Assembly: GCA_009886115.1 (NCBI GenBank)
Contig: VFJJ01000021.1
Span: forward strand, 1 to 56,330
DNA from: Actinomycetota bacterium
GTDB taxonomy: Bacteria > Actinomycetota > Acidimicrobiia > IMCC26256 > VFJJ01
Direction of reading: 5' to 3'
Length of the DNA: 56,330 nucleotides
Shown here: positions 11,515 to 20,069 of the stretch, in pieces
How positions within the stretch are numbered: position 1 is the first letter of the stretch
Layout: the number at the start of each line of letters is the position of its first letter
Notes under the pieces: generated by a model
Seen by the model: the letters and a program-made list of their open reading frames with translations, nothing else
Told to the model about the DNA's origin: nothing
The model's database searches: none
Position numbers and translations under genes: made by a program

Positions 11515-12297
11515 TCACCCCGCCGCTTCGACGCTGACGCTGACGCTGACGCTGGTGGCGGCACCGTTGGTCGTGCTGGCACCGTTGGTCGTGCTGGCAC
11601 CGTTGGTCGTGCTGGCACCGTTGTCGAGTCGACGGCGACGGTAGAACGACAGTATCTGCAGCTCGATGGCCAGATCGACGTCGCGTACCAGCACCTCGGC
11701 CGGCACGCTCAAGACGGTGGGAGCGAAGTTCAGGATCGAGGTGATCCCGGCTCGGACGAGGCGGTCGGCGACCGATTGCGATGCCGGCGCCGGAACGGCC
11801 AGGACCGCGATGGCCACGGCCCGCTCGCGAACGATCCGGTCGAGCTCGTCGAGGTGCTCGATGGGCCGGTCGGCGACGAGCTTGCCCACCTTGGCCGGAT
11901 CGCTGTCGAGCAACGCTGCGATGCGAAAGCCCCGAGCCGAGAACCCGCCGTAGTTGGCCAAGGCCTGACCGAGGTTGCCGATCCCGACGATGGCCACAGC
12001 CCAGTCGTTGGTGAGCCCCAGCTCCTGGGAGATCTGGTAGAGCAGGAACTCGACGTCGTAGCCCACCCCGCGGGTGCCGTACGAGCCGAGATAGCTGAGA
12101 TCCTTGCGGACCTTGGCGGCGTTCACGCCGGCCAGCTCAGCGAGGCGATCGGACGAGATGGTCGTCGTGTTGTGCTCGACCGAGGCCAGGAGCACGCGGA
12201 AGTAGACGGGGAGCCGGGCCACGGTGGCCTCGGGGATCTTGCGCCGGGTGCGTTCACCCGAGACCCGGCCGGCGAGACCACCCCGTCCGACGGTCAC
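11515..12297 (-). CDS. rex: redox-sensing transcriptional repressor Rex
   Basis: IPEATVARL, VRKDLSYLGSYGTRGVGY, GIGNLG, ILNFAP; rex-hemACD synteny. Confidence 0.96.
   Translation of the reverse strand: MTVGRGGLAGRVSGERTRRKIPEATVARLPVYFRVLLASVEHNTTTISSDRLAELAGVNAAKVRKDLSYLGSYGTRGVGYDVEFLLYQISQELGLTNDWAVAIVGIGNLGQALANYGGFSARGFRIAALLDSDPAKVGKLVADRPIEHLDELDRIVRERAVAIAVLAVPAPASQSVADRLVRAGITSILNFAPTVLSVPAEVLVRDVDLAIELQILSFYRRRRLDNGASTTNGASTTNGASTTNGAATSVSVSVSVEAAG
11530..11623. repeat. in-frame 18-bp x3.5 and 6-bp x4 repeats in the rex 3' end
   Basis: ggcaccgttggtcgtgct repeats (NGASTT) and gacgct x4 (SVSVSVSV). Confidence 0.9.
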
Positions 12298-12366
12298 GGA
12301 CCCACTCGGGTTCTGTCGGGGACGTTGCCGACGTGTCGCTCGGGGTAACGGCTGACCATCGACGAG

Positions 12367-12396
12367 ATATTAGTGCGCTTGTGAAACGAATCCCAA
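12367..12396 (-). promoter_or_regulatory. rex promoter with overlapping Rex operator
   Basis: minus strand TTGGGA-N18-TAATAT; TTGTGAA-ACGA-ATCCCAA at 12379-12396 (2 mismatches to TTGTGAA-N4-TTCACAA). Confidence 0.75.
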
Positions 12397-12422
12397 GGCG
12401 GCTCGGGTGGCCGCAGCCGGCC

Positions 12423-12458
12423 CGGAGGCCCGGGAGACGGGTGCCTCCCGGGCCTCCG
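12423..12458 (-). terminator. 14-bp stem hairpin, probable terminator of the cupredoxin gene
   Basis: cggaggcccgggag / ctcccgggcctccg inverted repeat, no U-tract. Confidence 0.5.
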
Positions 12459-12524
12459 ACCGAAGGCGGGCCCAGTCGGGCCCGGGCTGGCCCCACCCTC
12501 ACCGACCTGACCGCAGCCGCAATC

Positions 12525-12980
12525 TCAGGCGACGGTGAGGGTGCCCGTCATCGCCGGGTGGAAGTTGCAGTGGTAGGCGAACGTGCCCGCGGCGGCCGCC
12601 GCGTACTCGAACGTGGCTCCGCTGGCGAGGCTGCCGGAGTCGGCCGACGCATCGTCGAACGTGACGGTGTGGGCCGCTCCGTCGTCGTTCGTGAAGACGA
12701 CCGTGGCGCCGACGGCTGCGCTCAGCTCGGCCGGCGAGAACGCGAAGTCTTTGATCGACACCGCTGTTCCCGCTGCCGATACCTCGTCGGCGGGTACGGC
12801 ATCGCCTGCCGAGTCGTCGCCCGCCGGCGGGACGGTCGTGGTCTCGTCGGCCGGCGCCGCGGTGGCGTCGGTGCTCTCGGACGTCTCGGTGCCCCCGCCC
12901 GAGTCGTCGTCGTCACCGCAGGCCGACAGGGCCAGGATCGCGGTGGCCGAGATGGCCAGGAGCATTCGGTGGTGTCGCAT
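12525..12980 (-). CDS. cupredoxin (plastocyanin/amicyanin-like) lipoprotein
   Basis: lipobox LSAC, acidic linker, FAFSPAEL, AHTVT, YHCNFHPAM type-1 Cu ligands; AAGGGGA RBS. Confidence 0.9.
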   Translation of the reverse strand: MRHHRMLLAISATAILALSACGDDDDSGGGTETSESTDATAAPADETTTVPPAGDDSAGDAVPADEVSAAGTAVSIKDFAFSPAELSAAVGATVVFTNDDGAAHTVTFDDASADSGSLASGATFEYAAAAAGTFAYHCNFHPAMTGTLTVA

Positions 12981-13005
12981 GGTGATGTCCCCTTGACGTG
13001 TCATG

Positions 13006-13049
13006 GATGGTGCCGTTTGATGGTGCCGTTTGATGCTGCTGGTTGATGC
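13006..13049. repeat. 13-bp tandem repeat in the cupredoxin leader
   Basis: gatggtgccgttt x2, degenerate gatgctgctggtt, partial gatgc. Confidence 0.75.
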
Positions 13050-13161
13050 ATGGTCAGCCCTGGCGAACGCACTGACGTGGTCGCGAGCTCGATCGCCGGG
13101 CGCCTCGACCGTAGCGCCGGAGCAGGGGGGTCGTGGTTCACCCCGCTACGCTCGTCCCACC

Positions 13162-13896
13162 ATGGTCTCGGGCCTGGCCTTTCTCGCCACCGCCATCGCC
13201 ACGTTGTTCTGGGAGGCGATGCTGGTCCGCTACACGCGGCGCCGTCGGCCCCACGAGGGGGTGTGGACGGTCGCGCTCGCCATGTTCGCGGGAGCCACGA
13301 CGGCGCTGGCGGTGGGGGCCTCGACCGGCTGGGACGCCCCGACGTTCCGGGTGTTCTACCTCCTCGGAGCGATCCTCAACGTGCCCTGGTTGGCCCTGGG
13401 AACGGTCTACCTGCTGGGCTCGGCGCGTCTGGCCCGGGCCTGCCGCACGGTGCTGCTGGTGTTCACCGGGGTGGCCATCGGGGCGGTGTTCGTGGCGCCG
13501 ATCGAAGGCGTCGTGCCCCGCACTGCGATCCCCTCGGGCCATGATCTGTTCGGTCCGTTCCCCCGAGTCCTGGCTGCGGTCGGCAGCGGCCTCGGTGCCC
13601 TCGTCATCCTGGCTGGAGCGCTCTGGTCGGTCTGGTCAGCGCTGCGGGACGCGCGTGCCGACGCTGCTCCGAGGCACGACAGCGACTCATCGTCGGCCCG
13701 GGTCGCGTGGTCGAACGGTGCCATCGCGTTGGGCACGCTCGTCCTGTCGTCGGGCGGCTTGTGGCAGGGCATCGTGGGCGACGACGAGGCCTTCGCCATC
13801 TCGCTCGTGCTCGGGATCGCGGTGATCCATCTGGGGTTCGTGCTCTCGACCCGGGGCGCCGGGCTCGCGCGCACGCTGAGCCCCGTCGGCGGCTGA
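13162..13896 (+). CDS. polytopic membrane protein of unknown function
   Basis: ~7 TM helices, FRVFYLLGAILNVPWLALGTVYLL; TACGCT -10-like hexamer just upstream of the ATG. Confidence 0.75.
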   Translation: MVSGLAFLATAIATLFWEAMLVRYTRRRRPHEGVWTVALAMFAGATTALAVGASTGWDAPTFRVFYLLGAILNVPWLALGTVYLLGSARLARACRTVLLVFTGVAIGAVFVAPIEGVVPRTAIPSGHDLFGPFPRVLAAVGSGLGALVILAGALWSVWSALRDARADAAPRHDSDSSSARVAWSNGAIALGTLVLSSGGLWQGIVGDDEAFAISLVLGIAVIHLGFVLSTRGAGLARTLSPVGG

Positions 13897-13942
13897 CCCC
13901 AGGGTTCGCCCCCAATTGCCCACTCTCCGTGGTCGATGGGGT

Positions 13943-13971
13943 TCAAGGCTCGGGCCCGGTGTCGCCGATAC
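13943..13971 (+). promoter_or_regulatory. sigma28 (FliA/WhiG)-like promoter
   Basis: TCAAG-N16-GCCGATAC; no plausible + strand CDS follows. Confidence 0.5.
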
Positions 13972-13978
13972 ATCTTCT

Positions 13979-14173
13979 GGAACACGCAACGCCTGCCTCA
14001 CCGCAGCGGATCGGGTTCCGACAGTCCATCACCGCCGGGGTTCCGGTACGTGGGGGTGGGCGTGTTGTCCGGTCGAACCCATCCGGGGACGATCGGGCAG
14101 ACAGCCTCCCAGCCCGCCCCGACCACGCCCACCCCCTCGACAGGAACCCCGGCGAGTGACGGTCTCGTGTTCT
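13979..14173. ncRNA. candidate structured RNA (~195 nt, long rod with branched apex)
   Basis: nested complementary segments 13980-86/14166-72, 14033-44/14143-54 (12 bp), 14052-64/14124-36 (13 bp); family not recognised. Confidence 0.5.
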
Positions 14174-14273
14174 CTCGTTCTCTGCAGCGCGCTCGTGCCG
14201 TGTGCTCTCCGGCTGAGGCCTGCTCCGGTCAGGCCGGTGGGCTCCGAGGTCTCCGCAGCGGCCGCAGCGGCGA

Positions 14274-14363
14274 TCAGCGGCTCTGGAACACGAACTGGAT
14301 GATCGCCGCGCCGAGGATCAGGGCGAGCAGGATGGCGATGGCGATGGTGGTGCCGGGCCGCAT
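14274..14363 (-). CDS. 29-aa single-TM peptide MRPGTTIAIAILLALILGAAIIQFVFQSR
   Basis: GAGGAG RBS 8 nt before ATG, G/C at nearly all third positions, one hydrophobic helix; below ORF-track size cutoff. Confidence 0.7.
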   Translation of the reverse strand: MRPGTTIAIAILLALILGAAIIQFVFQSR

Positions 14364-14446
14364 GGGCGTGGCTCCTCGGGGCTCAGGGGCTCAGGGGTAG
14401 CAGGGATGCGGGGACGCGGGACGGAGCGGGGGCGGGGCTGAGAGGC

Positions 14447-15262
14447 TCAGCTGGGTGGGCTCAAGTTGACCGGGGTGTTGGCCTGGAGATGCAGGGCCTC
14501 GGCAGCCGAGGCCTGGTTGAGCGCCAGCGCGATCAGGCCGTAGCTGTCGACGAGCGCCACGAGCTCCGCCGGGCGGGCGTCGGCGAAGGTGTCGACCCAT
14601 CGGGCCAGTCGGGTCTGGTCGCGCACCTTCACCTCGATCGCGGCGCCCACGCTGAACCCGAGCTGGCTCAGCTCGTCGGGCTCCACGTTGAGTTGGGCGT
14701 TGCCGAAACGGTCGATCCACAGGACCTCGCCGCCGATGCCGTCGCCGTGGGGGCGCGTGAGCGGCAGGATCGACGGCATCAGCCCGTGCACGTCGATCGG
14801 ATCGCCCAGGTCGAACAGCTCCACTCCCGTCGCCAGGGTGGCCGCCGCCGGGGCGAAGATGTCGCGACCGGCGAACGTGGGGCCTGCGGCCTCGATGTGG
14901 TAGTCGGTGTTGGTGAGCGAGACGGCACGCGACGCCCCACCGAGCATGGCGACCGCCGGGGCGAGCAACCCGTTGTCGGGGCCGACCAGGAAACCGGTCT
15001 CGACCTCGACGGCGATGGCCCGTCGTGCGGTGCCCACCGTGGGGTCGATCACGGCGAGGATCACGCCCGGGGGCAGGTACTGCGCAGCTCGGGCCAGGGT
15101 GAGCGATCCCGCTCGCACGTCGAACGGGGCCACGTCGTGGGTGACGTCGACGATCACCACGCCGGCAGCCAGGCGCATCATCACGGCCTTGCACACGCCG
15201 ACGAACTCGTCGCGGGTTCCGTAGTCGGAGAGGAAGGAGACGACGCTCGGCGGCTCGGCCAT
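14447..15262 (-). CDS. SAM hydroxide adenosyltransferase / chlorinase-fluorinase family (DUF62)
   Basis: FLSDYG, VIDPTVGT, GPDNG, TFAGRDIFAP, IDRFGN. Confidence 0.9.
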   Translation of the reverse strand: MAEPPSVVSFLSDYGTRDEFVGVCKAVMMRLAAGVVIVDVTHDVAPFDVRAGSLTLARAAQYLPPGVILAVIDPTVGTARRAIAVEVETGFLVGPDNGLLAPAVAMLGGASRAVSLTNTDYHIEAAGPTFAGRDIFAPAAATLATGVELFDLGDPIDVHGLMPSILPLTRPHGDGIGGEVLWIDRFGNAQLNVEPDELSQLGFSVGAAIEVKVRDQTRLARWVDTFADARPAELVALVDSYGLIALALNQASAAEALHLQANTPVNLSPPS

Positions 15263-15401
15263 GCTCCAAGGATCGGCGACGCCAACGACCGCGGACGAAC
15301 CGGGTGCTCGATTTCCTCAGCGTTGCGCGGTCGTCAGCTTTGGTCGCTCGCTTCGGTCGTCGGCTGAGGCCGACGCGCGGCCCCGGCTGACGGGAGCCGC
15401 T

Positions 15402-15596
15402 CTACGCGGTCTCGGTGTAGCGCGACTCGAGGTACGTGTCGACGTCGGTGTCGCGTACCCGGAACGACCGGCCGACGCGCACGGCCGGCAGCTCGCCGGC
15501 CTTGATGAGGCGGTAGATCGTCATCGACGACACGCGCATGAGGTCGGCGACCTCTTGGACCGTCAAGAACCGGGCCTTGGCGAAGGACTCCGTCAT
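15402..15596 (-). CDS. excisionase-family HTH DNA-binding protein (Rv0500A/BdtA-like)
   Basis: FLTVQEVADLMRVSSMTIYRLIKAGELPAVRVGRSFRV; downstream of proC as in other actinobacteria. Confidence 0.88.
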   Translation of the reverse strand: MTESFAKARFLTVQEVADLMRVSSMTIYRLIKAGELPAVRVGRSFRVRDTDVDTYLESRYTETA

Positions 15597-15696
15597 GATG
15601 ATGCGCCTCTGTTCCCTTGGTGATCGCCGGCTGCCCGGTGGTCGGCTGTTCGGTCTCGAGCTCCGTGTCGCGGGCCGGACGTCGCCGCCCGCTGGC

Positions 15697-15725
15697 ACGC
15701 TAGGCCGAGTGATGCGAGATGTCCA
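15697..15725 (-). promoter_or_regulatory. sigmaA-type promoter for the HTH gene
   Basis: minus strand TGGACA-N17-TAGCGT. Confidence 0.55.
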
Positions 15726-15858
15726 CTGGGAACAGTGTGTCACATGTTGCTGGGGTGGCTGGACGTCGGGCCGACGTTGGTGCGGGTCCGAGACGACGCC
15801 GGGACGGCTCTGGGACGGGGCCCGAAGGGCCCGTTCCCCGGGCGTGCGATGCCTGGTG

Positions 15859-16668
15859 TCAGGAACCGGCGCCGAGCTGGCGCGAGCGTTCGGTGGCTGC
15901 GCTCACGGCGTCGAGGAAGGCTGCGCGAACGGCGTGGGATTCGAGGGCTCGCAGCCCGGCCGCGGTGGTGCCTCCGGGCGAGGTGACCGCCGCTCGCAGC
16001 GCCTCGGGCCCGTCGGGCCCCTGGGCCAGCAGGACGGCCGAGCCGAGCAGGGTCTCGATGGTGAGCGTGGTGGCCACGTCACGGGGCAGTCCGTTCAGCA
16101 CCCCGGCCTCGATGAGGGCCTCGGCCACCAGGAACACGTAGGCCGGTCCCGATCCGGAGAGCCCGGTCACGGCGTCGAGATAGCGCTCGGGCACCCGAAC
16201 CACCGTCCCCACCGCCTCGAGGATGGCCGCCGCTCGATCGAGGTGCTCGGTGGCCGCGTGGGTGCCCGCAGCGATGGCCGTGACGCCCTTGCGCACGAGC
16301 GCCGGGGTGTTCGGCATGGCCCGGACGACGGGTTGGCCGTCCAGGTGGGCCTCGATGCTGGCGATGGTGACGCCGGCCGCGATCGACAGCACCAGCGTGT
16401 CGGGCTCGGCCACCCCGGCCACGTCGTCGAGGGCCGCGCCCACGTCGCCGGGCTTGACCGCCACGACCACGACCGATGCGCCCCGGGCTGCGGCGCCGGT
16501 GCTCGCCTCGACGGTCAGACCCGGGAACACGGCGGCCAGCTCGGCGCGTCGCGAGGCCACCACCTCGGCGACCGCGATGTCGTCGGCCCGACGGCCGCCC
16601 TGGAGCAGACCCCCGATCAGGGCCTCGCCCATCCGTCCGCCACCCACCACCGCCAGCCGCGCCGTCAT
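15859..16668 (-). CDS. proC: pyrroline-5-carboxylate reductase
   Basis: GGGRMG, AVKP, RAMPNTP, SGSGPAY, VTSPGGTT. Confidence 0.97.
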   Translation of the reverse strand: MTARLAVVGGGRMGEALIGGLLQGGRRADDIAVAEVVASRRAELAAVFPGLTVEASTGAAARGASVVVVAVKPGDVGAALDDVAGVAEPDTLVLSIAAGVTIASIEAHLDGQPVVRAMPNTPALVRKGVTAIAAGTHAATEHLDRAAAILEAVGTVVRVPERYLDAVTGLSGSGPAYVFLVAEALIEAGVLNGLPRDVATTLTIETLLGSAVLLAQGPDGPEALRAAVTSPGGTTAAGLRALESHAVRAAFLDAVSAATERSRQLGAGS

Positions 16669-16695
16669 GGCCCAGAGGGTACGCCGCGACCCGAG

Positions 16696-17304
16696 CTAGA
16701 GGAACGACGTGGGGTCGAACAGGTCGATGTCGATGATCCGTACGCGTGGAAGCAGATGGTTGAAGCACCGCGCGTCGTCTTCGAGGTCGAAGATCTGCAG
16801 CCCGCCGGCGGTGAGCTCGTTGTACTGCGAGTTCACGAACTCACGAAACGCCAGGAGCCCCACCTGGCGGTCTCCGCCGAGCAGCGCGGCGAGCTGGGGC
16901 AGGAAATCGCCGTCGTGGCTTCCGAGGATGACGTGGCCCGGGCGCGTCGCGAGCGCCTCGAGCGTGCGTTGGATTCCGACGTCGACGACCTTGACACCGG
17001 CGGGTCCCGAGAGCGGGATCGGCCGGAGCCCCATGGCCTGGAGGGCCTGGATGAACGACGCCGGAAGGCTGCCGGAGCTGGCATTGATGAAGAACAGCGC
17101 CTTCACAGGATGACCCCACGTGCTTCGAGCGAAGTCGAGCACGCGCTCCCAGCGGGGTCGCTCCTCGGGCGCAGGGCGGCGCCCGAGGACACTGATGCCG
17201 AGGGTGGCGTCGAGGTTCTCGCCGTCGAGCAGAAGGTAGGTGACCTGCTCCGTGGGATCTTCGACGGCGACCCGTGGCGAAAGGCTCGTCTCGCTCTCGA
17301 TCAT
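16696..17304 (-). CDS. NYN (PIN-like, LabA/DUF88) domain protein
   Basis: LLLDGENLD, KVVDVGI, GSHDGDF acidic motifs; GAGGGGA RBS. Confidence 0.85.
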   Translation of the reverse strand: MIESETSLSPRVAVEDPTEQVTYLLLDGENLDATLGISVLGRRPAPEERPRWERVLDFARSTWGHPVKALFFINASSGSLPASFIQALQAMGLRPIPLSGPAGVKVVDVGIQRTLEALATRPGHVILGSHDGDFLPQLAALLGGDRQVGLLAFREFVNSQYNELTAGGLQIFDLEDDARCFNHLLPRVRIIDIDLFDPTSFL

Positions 17305-17639
17305 CGATCTCCCTCGGCTCGGTCGACGAGGCCGATCGTACGACGTGCGCGGTCGTCGACCCGACCGGCCGCCCGAACGCGAACGGGCCCGAGGAACCAT
17401 CGGACCGCTCCGCACTTCCCCGAACGGAGTGATCGTCCTGCACCTCGGGCCTCGTCGTTGGCTCTTCCGTCGAGGCTCGTGAGCACCCGCCGGAACAGCG
17501 GACGGGACCCTAGCCGTGACCCTCGGAGCCGACAAGGGGGCACGTGCGGTTTGCCCGAAGGGTCGCAAGCGGAGCGCTCCGGCGGCAGACGCCGAAGCGG
17601 TGTCGCCCCATGCGGACCGGCGGGGAACCAGTCGCCACA

Positions 17640-18905
17640 ATGGATGTCGTGGAGGCCAGCGGGCAGCGATGGGACGTGCTCGTCGTCGGCGGTGGCCCGG
17701 CCGGAGCGGCTGCGGCGTACTGGCTGGCGACGGCGGGACACCGGGTCCTCGTCGTCGAGAAGAAGCGTTTTCCCCGGGAGAAGACCTGCGGCGACGGGCT
17801 CACGCCGCGAGCCGTCCACCAGCTCGAGGAGATGGGACTGGCGGCGGGGCTGAGCGGGTTCCACCGCTACGACGGGCTCCGGGCCGTCGCCCACGGCATC
17901 ACGATCGAGCTGAAATGGCCCGAGCACCCGGTGTTCCCCTCCTACGGCTACGTGGTGCGACGACGCGATCTCGATCAGATGGTCGCCGAGCGGGCCGTCG
18001 AGGCCGGGGCGGTCTGCTGGCTCGAGGCCGAGGCCACCGAGCCGCTGCTCGAATCCGGGCTCCTCGCCGGGGCGATCGTCAAGCGGAAGGACCTGGGGAC
18101 GGTGGAGGAGGTGCGGGCCCGGTACGTGGTCGTCGCCGACGGCGCCAACTCGCGCTTCGGCCGGGCACTCGGCACCCAGCGCGACCGGCGACGGCCGCAG
18201 GGGATGGCCATTCGCGGCTACTTCGCCAGCCCCCGCCACGACGAGCCCTGGATCGAATCGGCGCTCGACGTTCGCGACCGCTCGGGCGCATCCCTTCCGG
18301 GCTACGGCTGGATCTTTCCCGTGGGTGACGGCACGGTCAACGTCGGCATCGGGCTCCTGTCGACGTTCAAGGGGTGGAAGGACGTCAACACCAGCCACCT
18401 GTTGAGCGAATTCGCGGCGACGGCGCCCGAGTACTGGGGCATAGCTCCCGAGACGGCCTGCGGAGCGCCGACCGGGGGCCGTCTCCCCATGGGGGGCTCG
18501 GTGCACCCCAAGGTCGGACCCACCCATCTCGTGGTGGGCGACGCCTCCGGAGCCATCAACCCCTTCAACGGCGAGGGCATCGACTACGCCTACGAGACGG
18601 CCCGCACCGCAGCCCGGTGCATCGACGACGCGCTCACGAGCGGCTCGGGCCTGGCGCTGCAGCAGTACCAGCGGTGGCTCGACGACGAGTACGCCATCTA
18701 CTTCAAGGTGGCCCGGGCCTTCGCCCACGTGATCGGGAACCCGGCACTCATGCGCGAACTGACCCGGGTCGGGATGCAGTCGCGCACGCTCATGGAATGG
18801 GTGCTGCGCATCATGGCCAACCTGTTGCGTCCCGACGAGCTGGGTGCTGCGGAGGCCGTCTACCGCAGCGTCGCCGCCCTGGCCCGACTCACTCCCGTCG
18901 ACTGA
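17640..18905 (+). CDS. geranylgeranyl reductase family FAD oxidoreductase (MenJ-like menaquinone reductase)
   Basis: GGGPAG, FPREKTCGDGLTPRA, ADGANS, YGWIFP, GDASGAINPFNGEGI; directly upstream of nuoA. Confidence 0.88.
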   Translation: MDVVEASGQRWDVLVVGGGPAGAAAAYWLATAGHRVLVVEKKRFPREKTCGDGLTPRAVHQLEEMGLAAGLSGFHRYDGLRAVAHGITIELKWPEHPVFPSYGYVVRRRDLDQMVAERAVEAGAVCWLEAEATEPLLESGLLAGAIVKRKDLGTVEEVRARYVVVADGANSRFGRALGTQRDRRRPQGMAIRGYFASPRHDEPWIESALDVRDRSGASLPGYGWIFPVGDGTVNVGIGLLSTFKGWKDVNTSHLLSEFAATAPEYWGIAPETACGAPTGGRLPMGGSVHPKVGPTHLVVGDASGAINPFNGEGIDYAYETARTAARCIDDALTSGSGLALQQYQRWLDDEYAIYFKVARAFAHVIGNPALMRELTRVGMQSRTLMEWVLRIMANLLRPDELGAAEAVYRSVAALARLTPVD

Positions 18906-18958
18906 TCGTCCGGCGATGGTTCTCTCGGCGGGGGTGTGACTTCGCTAGCGTGGAACCG

Positions 18959-19438
18959 ATGGACGCATACCTACCCCTCGTGGTGATGGTGATCCTGGGT
19001 CTCCTGTTCGCGGCGGGTTCGTTCGTCGCGTCCACCTGGGCTGCGCCGTCCAAGCCGACATCGGCCAAGGCTGCGCCGTACGAATGCGGGATCGTGCCCG
19101 AGACCGAGCCCGCCGAGCGGTTCCCGGTGCGCTTCTACCTCGTGGCGATGATCTTCATCGTCATCGACATCGAGATCGTCTTCCTCTACCCCTTCGCCGT
19201 GATCCTCAGCGATCTCGGCGCGTTCGGGCTGGTCGAGATGGGGATCTTCGTGCTCGCGGTCGTCGTCGCGTTCGGGTACGTCCTGGCCTCGGGCGCTCTC
19301 GAGTGGGGCCCGGTCCGTATCGCGGAGCGCTTCGCCACGCCGGTCCTGCGGGCCCAGGGCATGCCGCGGGCCGCCGAGACCGAGGACCCGGCCGACCCGA
19401 CCGACGCATCGGCGCCGCAGCCGGGAAGGGCGGCCTGA
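18959..19438 (+). CDS. nuoA: NADH-quinone oxidoreductase subunit A (operon 1)
   Basis: [25 protein letters not shown] 7 nt upstream suggests a leaderless start. Confidence 0.93.
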   Translation: MDAYLPLVVMVILGLLFAAGSFVASTWAAPSKPTSAKAAPYECGIVPETEPAERFPVRFYLVAMIFIVIDIEIVFLYPFAVILSDLGAFGLVEMGIFVLAVVVAFGYVLASGALEWGPVRIAERFATPVLRAQGMPRAAETEDPADPTDASAPQPGRAA

Positions 19439-19442
19439 GGCC

Positions 19443-19973
19443 ATGGGTCTCGAGCAGCTCGGCCAGAACTTCGTCACCGCCCGTCTGGAGAGCCTCATCA
19501 ACTGGGGCCGCAAGAGCTCGGTGTGGCCGGCCACCTTCGGTTTGGCGTGTTGCGCGATCGAGATGATGGCCTCCGGGGCTGCCCACTACGACCTCTCGCG
19601 CTTCGGAATGGAGCTGTTCCGGGCCAGCCCCCGCCAGGCCGACCTCATGATCGTCGCCGGCCGGGTGAGCCAGAAGATGGCACCGGTGCTGCGTCAGGTC
19701 TACGACCAGATGGCCGAGCCCAAGTGGGTCATCAGCATGGGCGTGTGCGCCAGCACCGGTGGGATGTTCAACAACTACGCCATCGTGCAGGGGGTCGACC
19801 AGATCGTGCCGGTCGACGTGTACGTTCCCGGATGCCCCCCCGGCCCCGAGACCCTGCTCCACGGCATCCTCACGCTGCACGACAAGATCCAAGATGGCGA
19901 GATCTTCCGTCGGCGCGAATCGTCGGTCACCGGAGGCGCGGGGTTGACCCTCGAGGGAGCCGCAAGGAACTGA
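19443..19973 (+). CDS. nuoB: complex I subunit B (operon 1)
   Basis: [26 protein letters not shown]. Confidence 0.96.
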   Translation: MGLEQLGQNFVTARLESLINWGRKSSVWPATFGLACCAIEMMASGAAHYDLSRFGMELFRASPRQADLMIVAGRVSQKMAPVLRQVYDQMAEPKWVISMGVCASTGGMFNNYAIVQGVDQIVPVDVYVPGCPPGPETLLHGILTLHDKIQDGEIFRRRESSVTGGAGLTLEGAARN

Positions 19974-20069
19974 CGGGCTCCGGGCAGCGAGCGCCGGTGT
20001 GCAGCAGCAGGGCAACACCACAGCAGCAGCGAAGCACTGAAGTAGCGACCATTCATCAGGCGGGGGAAC

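Noticed and set aside
14065..14123. SRP RNA resemblance (GAACCC..GGCAG.CAGC at the apex of a long helix)
   Set aside because: Lacks the conserved helix-8 CAGG/GNRA/AGCAG motif; left as an unassigned structured element
14447..15262. Fluorinase/chlorinase implying halometabolite synthesis
   Set aside because: Asp/Arg motifs and housekeeping context fit a DUF62 SAM hydrolase better. The TFAGRD variant (Ala where His is usual) is noted but not decisive
15263..15401. bS22 ribosomal protein gene expected here by actinobacterial synteny
   Set aside because: No MGSVIKKRRKRM-like ORF found in this gap
15402..15596. Excisionase as evidence of a prophage or ICE
   Set aside because: No integrase or att site; matches the chromosomal Rv0500A/BdtA-type gene next to proC
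17445..17525. ykkC/guanidine-I or c-di-GMP-I riboswitch-like words on the minus strand (GGCTAGGGTCCCG; GGCAAACC nearby)
   Set aside because: Required downstream conserved segments are missing (GGAUAAAAGCCCGGGAG; GAAA loop and GACGCAAAGC)
19974..20069. CAG-rich 96-bp gap between nuoB1 and nuoC1
   Set aside because: Short imperfect repeats with no clear structure or ORF
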